A stretch of DNA of 40,001 bases from a virus (Duplodnaviria > Caudoviricetes): IMG/VR virus record IMGVR_UViG_3300035003_000006, positions 1 through 40,001 of that record. One strand, written 5' to 3'. The notes under the pieces are model-generated. The model had not been told where the DNA came from, did not search any database, and saw nothing but the letters and a program-made list of their open reading frames with translations. Below are positions 1 through 8,501 of the stretch, piece after piece. Numbering within the stretch: position 1 is the first letter of the stretch; every line of letters begins with the position of its first letter. The position numbers and the translations under genes were made by a program.

Positions 1-426
1 TTAGGCGGCAACGTCTAACCCCTTTTGCTTCTGGTTTGCACCACAAGCGCGGCCGATGCACTGGCGGGTGCAAAATGTCTGGCGGTATCCCTTCCGCACT
101 AGGTGGGTCTTTCGCCGCTCACGGGTGAAAGACTGGCCACAACCGGGACAGTCGAGCGTCACCATCGTGCGCGACTTCCCCTCGCCGTGGATGCGAGCGT
201 GCTCGGCCCTTGTCACGAGCTGGAGGTTCTCCAGGCGGTTGTCGTGCTTGTCGTCGTTGATGTGGTGAACAATCTCGTCTGGTGTGAGTAATCGGCCTAG
301 ATGCTGCTCCATAACTACGCGATGCACAAACACGTAGCGATCAGTGAAGCGGTGCGGGTGATCGGGGCAGTGGACGGCTAGGTAGCCTCGGGATTTGACG
401 ATTGTTCCCCAGTTGATTTGATACAT
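1..426 (-). CDS. HNH endonuclease with C-terminal zinc ribbon
   Basis: [13 protein letters not shown]...[16 protein letters not shown]...H motif, then CPGC and FCTRQC; GGGAGG SD upstream. Confidence 0.85.
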   Translation of the reverse strand: MYQINWGTIVKSRGYLAVHCPDHPHRFTDRYVFVHRVVMEQHLGRLLTPDEIVHHINDDKHDNRLENLQLVTRAEHARIHGEGKSRTMVTLDCPGCGQSFTRERRKTHLVRKGYRQTFCTRQCIGRACGANQKQKGLDVAA

Positions 427-507
427 ACCTCCCTGTTGTTATTAGTAACCACCTCCCTATGAAACGCCTCACAGCGGGGGCAGCAGAAGGGGCGGGGCGA
501 GGCATGG

Positions 508-726
508 CTAGGTGGTGGGCTTTTTATCTACCAACAGCGCCAGTAGGTACGCAATACCGACCAACAAGGACGCTTCAATGCGGCCTTGTTTGGCAAAAGC
601 GTATGCTAAATAGCACATGGTTAAAAACAAACCTGCTCTGAATGCAAACTTTATAAACACGATAAGGTATATGGTGGCTATGCCTCCCGGTGTGTATTCC
701 TCCTTTAATTCATTGTAGGGCTTCAT
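508..726 (-). CDS. Small membrane protein
   Basis: 72 aa ORF with hydrophobic segments, in line with neighbouring phage ORFs. Confidence 0.6.
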   Translation of the reverse strand: MKPYNELKEEYTPGGIATIYLIVFIKFAFRAGLFLTMCYLAYAFAKQGRIEASLLVGIAYLLALLVDKKPTT

Positions 727-782
727 ATTTTACTCTGGGTTAAGGGTAATGGCGTGCTCCGGTGTGTGCTCTTGTGGTGTGG

Positions 783-1037
783 TCATAAAACTTCCACCTT
801 AAACTCATTACCGCCATCTATCTCGTTCGTTCTGTCACAAACTTCCTGGGCACGCTTCATGCTTCTGTAGGTCAATAGGCGAAGACCTGGTGCTGGATTT
901 GCTAGATAGTTTCGATAAAGGCGGCGGCGACCAATTTTAGTTGCGTAAAACACCGCTCGCTTTTCACCCACCCCTAAACTCTTACCGTTAACATCGAACT
1001 CCTCTTTACCCTCGGCGGTTATGATGTAAGTTGCCAT
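783..1037 (-). CDS. Hypothetical phage protein
   Basis: 84 aa ORF in the tightly packed minus-strand run. Confidence 0.65.
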   Translation of the reverse strand: MATYIITAEGKEEFDVNGKSLGVGEKRAVFYATKIGRRRLYRNYLANPAPGLRLLTYRSMKRAQEVCDRTNEIDGGNEFKVEVL

Positions 1038-1038
1038 A

Positions 1039-1197
1039 CTAGTTATCTGGTTGCTTGTAATTTTCTCCTTCGATTTCCCTGTCGAAGTTGTTTAATTCTG
1101 TATCCCGCGCCTCCTGGCTTAATGCTGTTTGTTTTTCGTATCTGCGTGGCTTAGGTGGTGTCCAAAGCGGTGGTACATCGTCGTCTAGTAGTCCCAT
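1039..1197 (-). CDS. Small hypothetical protein, 52 aa (MGLLDDDVPPLW...), not in ORF track
   Basis: Manual translation; fills the gap between neighbours with 1-3 nt spacing. Confidence 0.55.
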   Translation of the reverse strand: MGLLDDDVPPLWTPPKPRRYEKQTALSQEARDTELNNFDREIEGENYKQPDN

Positions 1198-1200
1198 ACA

Positions 1201-1314
1201 CTATGCGGGGCTGTTCCTTTTCTGGTTAATTGCTGGAGCGAAGGTTATGCAGGTGTGTGGCACGCTAACATCCACTAGATTACAGGTGGGGCAGAGTTTC
1301 CTTTTTGAAGTCAT
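1201..1314 (-). CDS. Small Cys/His protein, 37 aa (MTSKRKLCPTC...HTC), not in ORF track
   Basis: Manual translation; CxxC...HxC; abuts neighbours. Confidence 0.45.
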   Translation of the reverse strand: MTSKRKLCPTCNLVDVSVPHTCITFAPAINQKRNSPA

Positions 1315-1319
1315 AGTTG

Positions 1320-1550
1320 TTATTGCTTATCATCGCTGGGGGTGGGGGAGTGATAATTCACGTTTACCTCGGTTTTAATGCCGCGTACGAAAGAATTAGC
1401 AAGGCCGTAGACCATAAGAATAGTGCCGAGTGCATCAGTAAACTTCTTTCCTACGTCTGTCGCGGTTTTGTTCCAGCCATAGTAGGCACTTCCACCAAGC
1501 CATATTGCTAGGCCGCTAAAGAACACAATGTCGTACAAATATTTTTTCAT
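1320..1550 (-). CDS. Small membrane protein (2 TM)
   Basis: Two hydrophobic segments; operon packing. Confidence 0.65.
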   Translation of the reverse strand: MKKYLYDIVFFSGLAIWLGGSAYYGWNKTATDVGKKFTDALGTILMVYGLANSFVRGIKTEVNVNYHSPTPSDDKQ

Positions 1551-1555
1551 AATTG

Positions 1556-1903
1556 TTATTTCTTATCCCCCTCACTTACTTGGGCGCGGAGGGTGGTGAT
1601 AATGTTGTCGAGGACGGCTTTATGAACAATTTCCATATGTGCCTCTACTTCGTGGTTCCTGCCAGCATAAACTAGATTGGTGACTGAATATTTTTTCTCT
1701 TTCATCCCCTCACACATCCCCACCACCGCATCCACTACCTGTGTGGCGGTTTGGGCTGTGTTGGCTTTACTTTTTTGCTCCAAAAGGACGCGGAACTTCT
1801 CGGGTATCTCGTAGCCCGCGTCGCGTAGTGCGTACACAATGTCGCGGCACATCTCCATATCTGCTGTTTGCTGCTGCTTTATGAGGTCTGTGATGAGGGT
1901 CAT
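1556..1903 (-). CDS. Hypothetical phage protein
   Basis: 115 aa; ATGA overlap with the upstream ORF. Confidence 0.65.
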   Translation of the reverse strand: MTLITDLIKQQQTADMEMCRDIVYALRDAGYEIPEKFRVLLEQKSKANTAQTATQVVDAVVGMCEGMKEKKYSVTNLVYAGRNHEVEAHMEIVHKAVLDNIITTLRAQVSEGDKK

Positions 1904-2130
1904 GGTGTTTTATTAACTAACTTATAAGACTCGAACACTCCGCGACGTACTTGCTTGAATATCCCTCTCTTTACCATACGCTTACAACAACGTCTGATGA
2001 GGTCATCACGATAGCGTGGTGATACACCGAACACTCCGTCTTGCGATTTTGCAATTTCGATAATGCGAAACTCCATCGCATCAGCGTACTTGTGCATTTT
2101 TTGAAGTGGGATGTCTCGGTGCAAATCCAT
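1900..2130 (-). CDS. Hypothetical basic protein
   Basis: 76 aa; coupled to both neighbours. Confidence 0.6.
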   Translation of the reverse strand: MDLHRDIPLQKMHKYADAMEFRIIEIAKSQDGVFGVSPRYRDDLIRRCCKRMVKRGIFKQVRRGVFESYKLVNKTP

Positions 2131-2131
2131 G

Positions 2132-2413
2132 TTACTTTTTCTTAGCTGCTAGGGTGTCCCTCATCGTGTTGCGAAAGGCTTTGAACGCCATCCATTGCTT
2201 TGTGCCTCCATCTGGTTCTCTGTGTTCAATCTCGTCTGACAGTTTGATGCAATCCTCCACCGCCTTCTGGTAGCCAGCGGTGTACGCTTCTTCCTGTAGT
2301 GTGGTGACATAGCCAAGCCTTACCACAGTGAGTTCTCCCGCCTCTTTAGCGCACTCGGAGCGCTGTAATCCTTTCATGTGGAAGTCTGGCTTCTCGTCAT
2401 CGTGTGTGTGCAT
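2132..2413 (-). CDS. Hypothetical phage protein
   Basis: 93 aa; operon packing. Confidence 0.65.
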   Translation of the reverse strand: MHTHDDEKPDFHMKGLQRSECAKEAGELTVVRLGYVTTLQEEAYTAGYQKAVEDCIKLSDEIEHREPDGGTKQWMAFKAFRNTMRDTLAAKKK

Positions 2414-2424
2414 GTGTGGGGTAA

Positions 2425-2685
2425 TTAGTCATTAGTAACCTCTTTCTTTCTTGCTGCCCACCACTTCACGTTTGGCGGTGGCGTCGAGTTCATGCCGAAC
2501 CACATCACTTCGTTGTAGCGTCCCTTGACCTTCTGTGTCGGCCAGGTGGCTACCAGCTTCCTGGTGGCCTCTAGGTCCCGGCTGATGAGGCTGGCGGTGA
2601 GCTTGGTGTAGTACTCCCGCTCCTCATCGCTATTGCGGCGTGGGGGGGGTAAGCGCTTGGTCGTGCGATTGCTATTGGTAGTCAT
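2425..2685 (-). CDS. Hypothetical phage protein
   Basis: 86 aa; operon packing. Confidence 0.65.
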   Translation of the reverse strand: MTTNSNRTTKRLPPPRRNSDEEREYYTKLTASLISRDLEATRKLVATWPTQKVKGRYNEVMWFGMNSTPPPNVKWWAARKKEVTND

Positions 2686-2697
2686 AATTGTTCAGCG

Positions 2698-2937
2698 TCA
2701 CCGACCTGCTGCGTCGGCTAATTCTTTGTGCATCTCGGCGCGGGTCTGCTTCATGATGTCTTCAAGGTTTGCGATACCTTCCTGGTAGCCGCGCTCCTGG
2801 GCAGCCTCGTCTACCTCAATGAGTATCTTTCTGATAACAGCCTCTAGGGTGCCGAGCTGGCCTTCTCCTCGGGAAAGCTTCTCTACCCGGTGCATGATGA
2901 TGTTGGTCTTTTTGTCGATGGTGGTTCGGTCAATCAT
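2698..2937 (-). CDS. Hypothetical helical protein
   Basis: 79 aa; starts 1 nt after the upstream stop. Confidence 0.65.
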   Translation of the reverse strand: MIDRTTIDKKTNIIMHRVEKLSRGEGQLGTLEAVIRKILIEVDEAAQERGYQEGIANLEDIMKQTRAEMHKELADAAGR

Positions 2938-2938
2938 G

Positions 2939-3277
2939 CTACCGGCTGTTAGCGCTAATAAATTTATCTACCCCCATTTCCTTGATCTCCTTCCGGAAGC
3001 GGTTGAACATCCACTTCCCCCTGTGCAGTTGTTCCCCCTTATTCTTTAGGAGCCATGCCTCCCGTTCGGACATGATGCGGGTGAGTTGCTTGGCCTGGTG
3101 GATGGTGACGCTGTTGGCCTTGATATGCCGCAGCCAGGCGGGGTATCCCCACGGGCCGGTCTCAGGGATATCGAAGAAGGCTTTGAAGTGATCTACTACC
3201 TCGACGCCTGACCAGGTTTGCTTTGTTTTTGGAGGAGCGGCGAGGGCGGCTTTGATGTGGTCAAACTTGAGGGGCAT
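2939..3277 (-). CDS. Hypothetical protein
   Basis: 112 aa; operon packing. Confidence 0.7.
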   Translation of the reverse strand: MPLKFDHIKAALAAPPKTKQTWSGVEVVDHFKAFFDIPETGPWGYPAWLRHIKANSVTIHQAKQLTRIMSEREAWLLKNKGEQLHRGKWMFNRFRKEIKEMGVDKFISANSR

Positions 3278-3289
3278 ACAACTTTGGGG

Positions 3290-3568
3290 CTATTCGTTTA
3301 ACGCTACGCTGACGTAAGGTATCGGAATCTCTAAGGAAGTCTGGCTGTATACCTTCACCAACTTGAATGTATGTACCTCATTCTCACTATACTTCTTCAA
3401 TTCGTGCACCAGCTCAAAGCCAGCTTTCTTAAGCTGCTCTCGCACCGGCTCCACATCCCAGGGAGTGGTTTGAATACCTTGCTCTGTAAGGAAGCGAGCG
3501 AGGTGAGCATCTATCATTGATGCCTTTCTGTGTGCTGCCTTAGTGGCTATGTCATGTATGAAGTTCAT
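3290..3568 (-). CDS. Hypothetical protein
   Basis: 92 aa; operon packing. Confidence 0.65.
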   Translation of the reverse strand: MNFIHDIATKAAHRKASMIDAHLARFLTEQGIQTTPWDVEPVREQLKKAGFELVHELKKYSENEVHTFKLVKVYSQTSLEIPIPYVSVALNE

Positions 3569-3701
3569 TGCTGTTTTTATACTGATTGATAATTTTATCT
3601 AGGAACCCTGCTACTGTCTTCGTGTCCTTATGCTCCTCCAGCCAATCCTTCTGCCGTGGGTCAATGCGTACGTGGGTCGAGAACCTACTGTTTTGGCTCA
3701 T
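3552..3701 (-). CDS. Putative ribbon-helix-helix DNA-binding protein, 49 aa, not in ORF track
   Basis: MSQNSRFSTHVRIDPRQKDWLEEHKDTKTVAGFLDKIINQYKNSNELHT: beta strand followed by two helices, typical RHH pattern. Confidence 0.55.
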   Translation of the reverse strand: MSQNSRFSTHVRIDPRQKDWLEEHKDTKTVAGFLDKIINQYKNSNELHT

Positions 3702-4080
3702 ACAGCCCGTTCTCGATTAGGTAGATGAGCATCTTGGCGCGGGCGTCGGCTTCGATAGTGGCCCATATGCCACTGAAAGGAATCACTGGCGCATCGTATG
3801 ATTGCTCAAGTGCATAGCGAACCTCCCAACCATGAAATGTCCTGTGCACCTCTAAAAAATACCATTCGCGTCCTACCTTGATGATATATGGCAACATCTC
3901 ACCCAGCTCGGCGACGGTGAAGGCGCAAGCGCGCTCATCACCTACCCAATTCTCTACGGCGCCCGATGCTGTAATGCGGGCGTGTTCAAGATTCCATCCG
4001 AAGAAGCTCTCTTGCTTCACTCCTAGTTCCTTGAGGCGCTTTGCCAATTCAAGGGAACAAACTTGGTCTTCTACTTTCAT
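3685..4080 (-). CDS. Conserved phage hypothetical protein (likely start MKVEDQVCSLELAK at 4080)
   Basis: QVCSLELAKRLKELGVKQES...AFTVAELGEMLP...EADARAKMLIYL pattern; the longer track start runs through a low-complexity tract. Confidence 0.8.
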   Translation of the reverse strand: MKVEDQVCSLELAKRLKELGVKQESFFGWNLEHARITASGAVENWVGDERACAFTVAELGEMLPYIIKVGREWYFLEVHRTFHGWEVRYALEQSYDAPVIPFSGIWATIEADARAKMLIYLIENGLYEPKQ

Positions 4081-4499
4081 AGGCTCATAAGTTAACGTAA
4101 GGCCCTGCGGGCCTGGTAATCTTCCTTCTCTCCCTCCCTCTCCCCCCGGAATGCCCCTTGTCCTTGCCATGTTCGACGAGTGTCGAGCCTTGCTGGATAG
4201 TAGTAGCATTAGAAGAAAAAAGACGCGCGGCCCTTTTTCTCATTCCGTGTGGGTGTCGGTCGGTCGATTGCTCACATCCGTAGCTGCTATAAGCCTGCTA
4301 CCACTGTGAGGGTGTCTCTCGGCTTTGATGATTGGTTCGCGGGGAACTCCCCGAAAGTCAGATTTACTTTACATACGGGTATATTTTGCTTGTGCCCAGG
4401 TCGTGGCCTTCCTCTCCTAAACGAGCCGTGGTAGCGCTACCTGCCATTGTCTCACCGCACAAACTGACTTTATTTTTCCCCCGTGAACCAACCATCAAA

Positions 4500-4620
4500 A
4501 ACGCAAAAAGCCCAAGGCTTACGCCGTGAGCTTGCTGCGGTTAGGTGCTATCCAGAACATTGAAAGTATAACACAGCCGAAGCCGTTTACGCACTCAGTG
4601 CTTTGTACTCTGGATAGCAT
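4500..4620 (-). ncRNA. Candidate ~120 nt structured small RNA or leader
   Basis: Extended -10 TGaTAGTAT at 4628-4636; hairpin 4546-4619 with 11 bp perfect outer stem and cUUCGg loop; GUAA-loop terminator with U tract at 4505-4533. Confidence 0.5.
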
Positions 4621-4675
4621 GTCTGTAATACTATCAGACTTCCGGCGGCGGGGTAGTGCGAAGTCCATTCTACCC

Positions 4676-4684
4676 TGTGGATAA
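4676..4684 (-). promoter_or_regulatory. DnaA-box consensus TTATCCACA
   Basis: Exact match, intergenic, about 40 bp upstream of a -10 element. Confidence 0.5.
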
Positions 4685-4747
4685 TGAACCCGAATCACTT
4701 GACGGCCGTTCGCCACAAGGCGAATCTGTCACACTAAGACAAGAATT

Positions 4748-5629
4748 ATGCTAGGAAAATCAATGTCTCAGAGCGCCGTGCGGCAGCTCCAGGTGGACCG
4801 TTCGGTGCACATGGGTTGCCAGGACAACTTAGCCTTCATGCGCCCTCTCCCCAAGGAGAGCATGAAGCTCATTGTTACCTCACCGCCGTACAACATCGGA
4901 AAGTCGTACGAGGCACGTTCGCCTCTCGCTGAGTATGTGAAAGCGCAAGCTCAGGTAATCTCTGAGTGTGTGCGGCTACTCTCTCCTACAGGGTCGCTGT
5001 GCTGGCAGGTTGGCAATCACGTTCAGAAGGGTGAGATTTTCCCCTTGGACATGATCCTCTACCCAGTTTTCCAAGAGCACGGGCTTAAGCTGCGGAACCG
5101 GATCGTCTGGCATTTTGAGCATGGTCTGCACTGCTCAAAGCGCCTCTCTGGCCGCTATGAGACGATCCTGTGGTTCACTAAAGGTGACGACTACACCTTC
5201 AACCTAGACCCTATCCGTGTTCCCTCTAAGTACCCTACCAAGAAGTATTTTAAGGGACCAAAGGCGGGTCAACTTTCCTGCAACCCTCTCGGCAAGAACC
5301 CCGGCGACGTTTGGATATTCCCCAACGTGAAGTCGAACCACGTAGAGAAGACCATCCACCCCTGCCAGTTCCCCGTCGAGCTGGTGGAGCGCTTGGTGGT
5401 GTCACTCACTGAGCCAGGTGATGCCGTGTTCGATCCGTACATGGGCGTCGGCAGCAGCGTCATCGCCGCCATCAAGCATGATCGCGTTGGCTACGGCTGC
5501 GACGTAATGCAGCAATACGTTGATGTAGCTTGGCGTCGGGTCCACCAGTTCCGCGCTGGGACCCTTGAAACACGGCCGATGGATAAGCCCGTGTATGATC
5601 CCTTACTGCCGTACGGTGGCCATAAGTGA
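4748..5629 (+). CDS. Beta-class DNA methyltransferase, probably N4-cytosine (M.BstYI/M.BglII-like)
   Basis: TSPPYN motif IV, HPCQFP, and DPYMGVGSS motif I in beta order; overlaps the endonuclease start. Confidence 0.93.
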   Translation: MLGKSMSQSAVRQLQVDRSVHMGCQDNLAFMRPLPKESMKLIVTSPPYNIGKSYEARSPLAEYVKAQAQVISECVRLLSPTGSLCWQVGNHVQKGEIFPLDMILYPVFQEHGLKLRNRIVWHFEHGLHCSKRLSGRYETILWFTKGDDYTFNLDPIRVPSKYPTKKYFKGPKAGQLSCNPLGKNPGDVWIFPNVKSNHVEKTIHPCQFPVELVERLVVSLTEPGDAVFDPYMGVGSSVIAAIKHDRVGYGCDVMQQYVDVAWRRVHQFRAGTLETRPMDKPVYDPLLPYGGHK

Positions 5630-6237
5630 GGATTGTAGAGACTTATTCCCATTTAAACGGGCTTGAGTACCTCATAGTGCATAAGCCCCAACTCTGGCAG
5701 GAGATTCAAGATGTGATTGCCGGGGTGAATGCCCTCGCTTTCAAGACTAAGGTATCGCAGGAAAAGACGATGATGGGGAAGATGTTGTATTCCCCTAAAG
5801 AGATGAATGCAGCAATCAACCAAGAGTTTAAGCTGCGTGGATGGAATGAGAGCCGGACATCATACTGGGTAACTAAAGACGCTAAGATGATCCGACGCAC
5901 GATGAGCTTAACGGCGGTCGAACAAAAAGTTGAGATTGAAGCGTCTGGTGAAGTGCCAATCTTTTCGTATAACCAGACAGACTTTGTGAAAGATCGAGTG
6001 GCTGTTGAGGTCCAGTTTGGGAAATACTCGTTTGTAGCCTACGACCTATTCGTGAAGCATATGGCTTTTTATGTTGGTGACGTGATTGATATCGGCGTCG
6101 AGATTTTACCGATGAAAGAGCTGCAAAAAGATATGTCTTCTGGTCCCGGCTATTATGAGGGTGAGCTGTACAATTTGATTAGGCAAGGGCGGGGGATACC
6201 AGCGGTGCCACTGGTGGTCGTAGGGGTCGCCGCTTAA
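5626..6237 (+). CDS. Type II restriction endonuclease, BstYI/BglII family (predicted RGATCY)
   Basis: 203 aa; YSHLNGLEY, YNQTDFVKDRVAVEVQFGKYSFVAYDLFVKH and RQGRGIPAVPL closely match recalled BstYI. Confidence 0.92.
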   Translation: MRIVETYSHLNGLEYLIVHKPQLWQEIQDVIAGVNALAFKTKVSQEKTMMGKMLYSPKEMNAAINQEFKLRGWNESRTSYWVTKDAKMIRRTMSLTAVEQKVEIEASGEVPIFSYNQTDFVKDRVAVEVQFGKYSFVAYDLFVKHMAFYVGDVIDIGVEILPMKELQKDMSSGPGYYEGELYNLIRQGRGIPAVPLVVVGVAA

Positions 6238-6596
6238 TGCGTCAGCGGGGTCAAACTAACCTCCACCTCATCGGTCCCGCCCTTCCTCACCTTCTCAGCC
6301 GTGATGGTGATGGCACCAATGTACTCCTGCTCGTCACCGGGGATGATCCCCGCGACCACTAGCGAATCAGCCACCATCTTGGCCATGTAGACGTGATTAT
6401 CGATGTCTAGGGGCGTTCCGTGCAGCTTGAAGTGATAATGAACGTGTATGGGGTACGGACCCTCGTAGCGGTCAATTTTGGCCTCTAGGACAGCACACCA
6501 GTACGCCTCCTTGTGCTCCATCCGCTTCCGAAAATGTACCCCGGCGTATATTGCGTTCAAAGATACCTTTTGCGGAATGGCGATAGTAAATTTCAT
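6234..6596 (-). CDS. RusA-like Holliday junction resolvase (likely start 6596)
   Basis: SLN..Y, DIDN...K...D.L...GII.GD motifs; TGcTACAAT 6 nt before ATG. Confidence 0.8.
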   Translation of the reverse strand: MKFTIAIPQKVSLNAIYAGVHFRKRMEHKEAYWCAVLEAKIDRYEGPYPIHVHYHFKLHGTPLDIDNHVYMAKMVADSLVVAGIIPGDEQEYIGAITITAEKVRKGGTDEVEVSLTPLTH

Positions 6597-6616
6597 CCGC
6601 TTATTGTAGCAATAAG

Positions 6617-6642
6617 AAACCCACCTCATTGAGAGGTGGGGT
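6617..6642 (-). terminator. Intrinsic terminator
   Basis: CCCACCTC-5nt-GAGGTGGG stem followed by TTTCTTATT on the minus strand. Confidence 0.6.
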
Positions 6643-6837
6643 AGCGTTAGCGCTGCTCGATGATGGTCATGAGCACGAGACGCGCCTGTGCGGGTGTCAT
6701 GAAGTCCCGCAAGGATCGGTAGAGACGCATCTGCGCTCGATAGCGGTGACGTGGGCGGTACCACATCTATCTCGCGTCAGCATGTGCGAACATGACTGCC
6801 TCCTTTGATGAACGGACCTACCGCAATGATACCACCT

Positions 6838-7038
6838 TCAATTTATCTCTTTCTGAGTTGGATTAGGGAGATGAAGCGTTTGCGGAAACGGCGTAAGCGA
6901 GACGCATTCTGCGTGAAATTCCAAACCGGCCCCTCGACTAGTGTAGTATTGCTGCCCCAGCTCTATTACGTCCTTACAAGCAGCGCACTTTAGTGGGGCG
7001 AATAAGTGCTTACGGCGGCGGAGTAGCTTACAGATCAT
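6838..7038 (-). CDS. Small LIM-like zinc finger protein
   Basis: CAAC...I..G..Y...FHAEC pattern. Confidence 0.6.
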   Translation of the reverse strand: MICKLLRRRKHLFAPLKCAACKDVIELGQQYYTSRGAGLEFHAECVSLTPFPQTLHLPNPTQKEIN

Positions 7039-7216
7039 GAAGGGTGGAGGCGGCTGGGGTGGCCGCGAACCTGAGAAATGCCTGGAAGTGTTCTGGCGAT
7101 AACCAGCCACACTCCATTGCCTCGTACACATCCCAGCCAGGGGTCAGCTCATTTAGCTCTACCCACGCTTGCCACTGTGGGGAATCTACGACTGTTCGGT
7201 AAAAGGACGGGTTCAT
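7028..7216 (-). CDS. Hypothetical protein
   Basis: 62 aa; operon packing. Confidence 0.6.
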   Translation of the reverse strand: MNPSFYRTVVDSPQWQAWVELNELTPGWDVYEAMECGWLSPEHFQAFLRFAATPAASTLHDL

Positions 7217-7291
7217 ACTACGGCAAGCCTATGATCAGCTTACGCAGCCGGGCGTGCTCGCGGATGAGGATGGCTTCGTGTTCGGGATTTG

Positions 7292-7501
7292 TCATAGGTT
7301 TACGATAGTACGGGTAGGCTTCTTGAAGTGCGCCAAAACTAGTACTTTACCGATCACCCACTTATAAAGCACTTCCGGCAGCCACCACGGTTTCGTCTTT
7401 ATGTAGAGTTTGCAGTAGCTGTTTATGGTCTGCGCTTGTTTGTCGGCGATCAGGTAGGCGTGTTTGGCAATAATCTCATCTTGCTCTAGGTTCACTTTCA
7501 T
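7292..7501 (-). CDS. Hypothetical protein
   Basis: 69 aa with KPWWLP..LYKW segment. Confidence 0.65.
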   Translation of the reverse strand: MKVNLEQDEIIAKHAYLIADKQAQTINSYCKLYIKTKPWWLPEVLYKWVIGKVLVLAHFKKPTRTIVNL

Positions 7502-7503
7502 AT

Positions 7504-7686
7504 CTATTTCTTACCGCTCCCAAACGCGAGCATAAAGCGCTCAAGCAGCGTAGGTGGTGGAGTGAGATACCCTCGCTTAAACGCCAAGCGGGCGGTATCG
7601 CTGATAATGTGATTTATTCTATCGTCAAAATTAAGCGGCATGGTAAACCACTGCTCAAACTTGTGGTCAAGGTACTCATTTTCCAT
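7504..7686 (-). CDS. Hypothetical protein
   Basis: 60 aa; operon packing. Confidence 0.6.
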   Translation of the reverse strand: MENEYLDHKFEQWFTMPLNFDDRINHIISDTARLAFKRGYLTPPPTLLERFMLAFGSGKK

Positions 7687-7689
7687 AGG

Positions 7690-8055
7690 CTATTTCTTAC
7701 CACTCCAGAACAGGTACACCGTCACGTCACACGCGGTACCTATTCCGACGCTATTAAACTTCTGGTCTACGATGTTGGCCTTGTGGGTAGGCGAGGCCAT
7801 GAGGGCCGTCTGAATAGCCGTTGCCCGCTGTAGGTCGGTCTGTTTCTTTACGACGGGGAACTTGGCGAGGTTCTCCGCTACATAGCCGCTGTAGCCTTCA
7901 AAGGCCGCCTTCCAGCCGTCGTGGGACCACTGCCTGTCGGTGCATAGCTGTTCGGCACGGGTCTGGGCGCGGGCGGATAGGTCGGTGTCGTAGGTGAGCG
8001 GGGTAGTGCGGGCCTGGTTGGTGAGGAGTAGGAGGGCGATGATGAGGGGTGTCAT
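7690..8055 (-). CDS. CAP (SCP) domain protein with signal-like N-terminus
   Basis: L...AQ.RA, WSH, AENLA, LMASPTHKANI, SVGIG motifs. Confidence 0.85.
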   Translation of the reverse strand: MTPLIIALLLLTNQARTTPLTYDTDLSARAQTRAEQLCTDRQWSHDGWKAAFEGYSGYVAENLAKFPVVKKQTDLQRATAIQTALMASPTHKANIVDQKFNSVGIGTACDVTVYLFWSGKK

Positions 8056-8059
8056 AATC

Positions 8060-8479
8060 TTATCGCTTGCCAGCTTCTAATACAGGCAGTCCGGCTTCCG
8101 TCGGGATATAGATCACCTGGCCACCCTTGGTGCTCTGAATCCATAAGTAGCGAAGGTACTCGTCGTTGTCTTTCAAACCTTCACCAATAATCTTGTTCGC
8201 CTCTGCTACTCCACGAGCGCGGATAATCTCTGCCTCTGCATTTGCAGTTTCCTGTTTGATGCGAGCCTCGGCCTGCAAGGTGGCGCTTTCATTTGCTGCC
8301 CGCGCTTCTTCGATGGAGATTTGCCTATCCCACTCTGCCTCTCTCAATGCTGCTTGTCCGCGCTTCTCCTGGTAGTACCCTCTGAACTCTGCGTATACCG
8401 CCCCTGCTCCAAACAGGAAGCCTGCGATTACACCAACACCGATAACGATCAATATACTTCTGATTACAAATTCTTTCAT
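8060..8479 (-). CDS. Membrane protein with SPFH/band-7-like C-terminal coiled coil
   Basis: N-terminal TM; AEAEIIRARGVAEANKII, EYLRYLWI and VIYIPTEAGLPVLEA segments. Confidence 0.75.
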   Translation of the reverse strand: MKEFVIRSILIVIGVGVIAGFLFGAGAVYAEFRGYYQEKRGQAALREAEWDRQISIEEARAANESATLQAEARIKQETANAEAEIIRARGVAEANKIIGEGLKDNDEYLRYLWIQSTKGGQVIYIPTEAGLPVLEAGKR

Positions 8480-8501
8480 AAGATTTTTAGTATGTTTTTA
8501 G

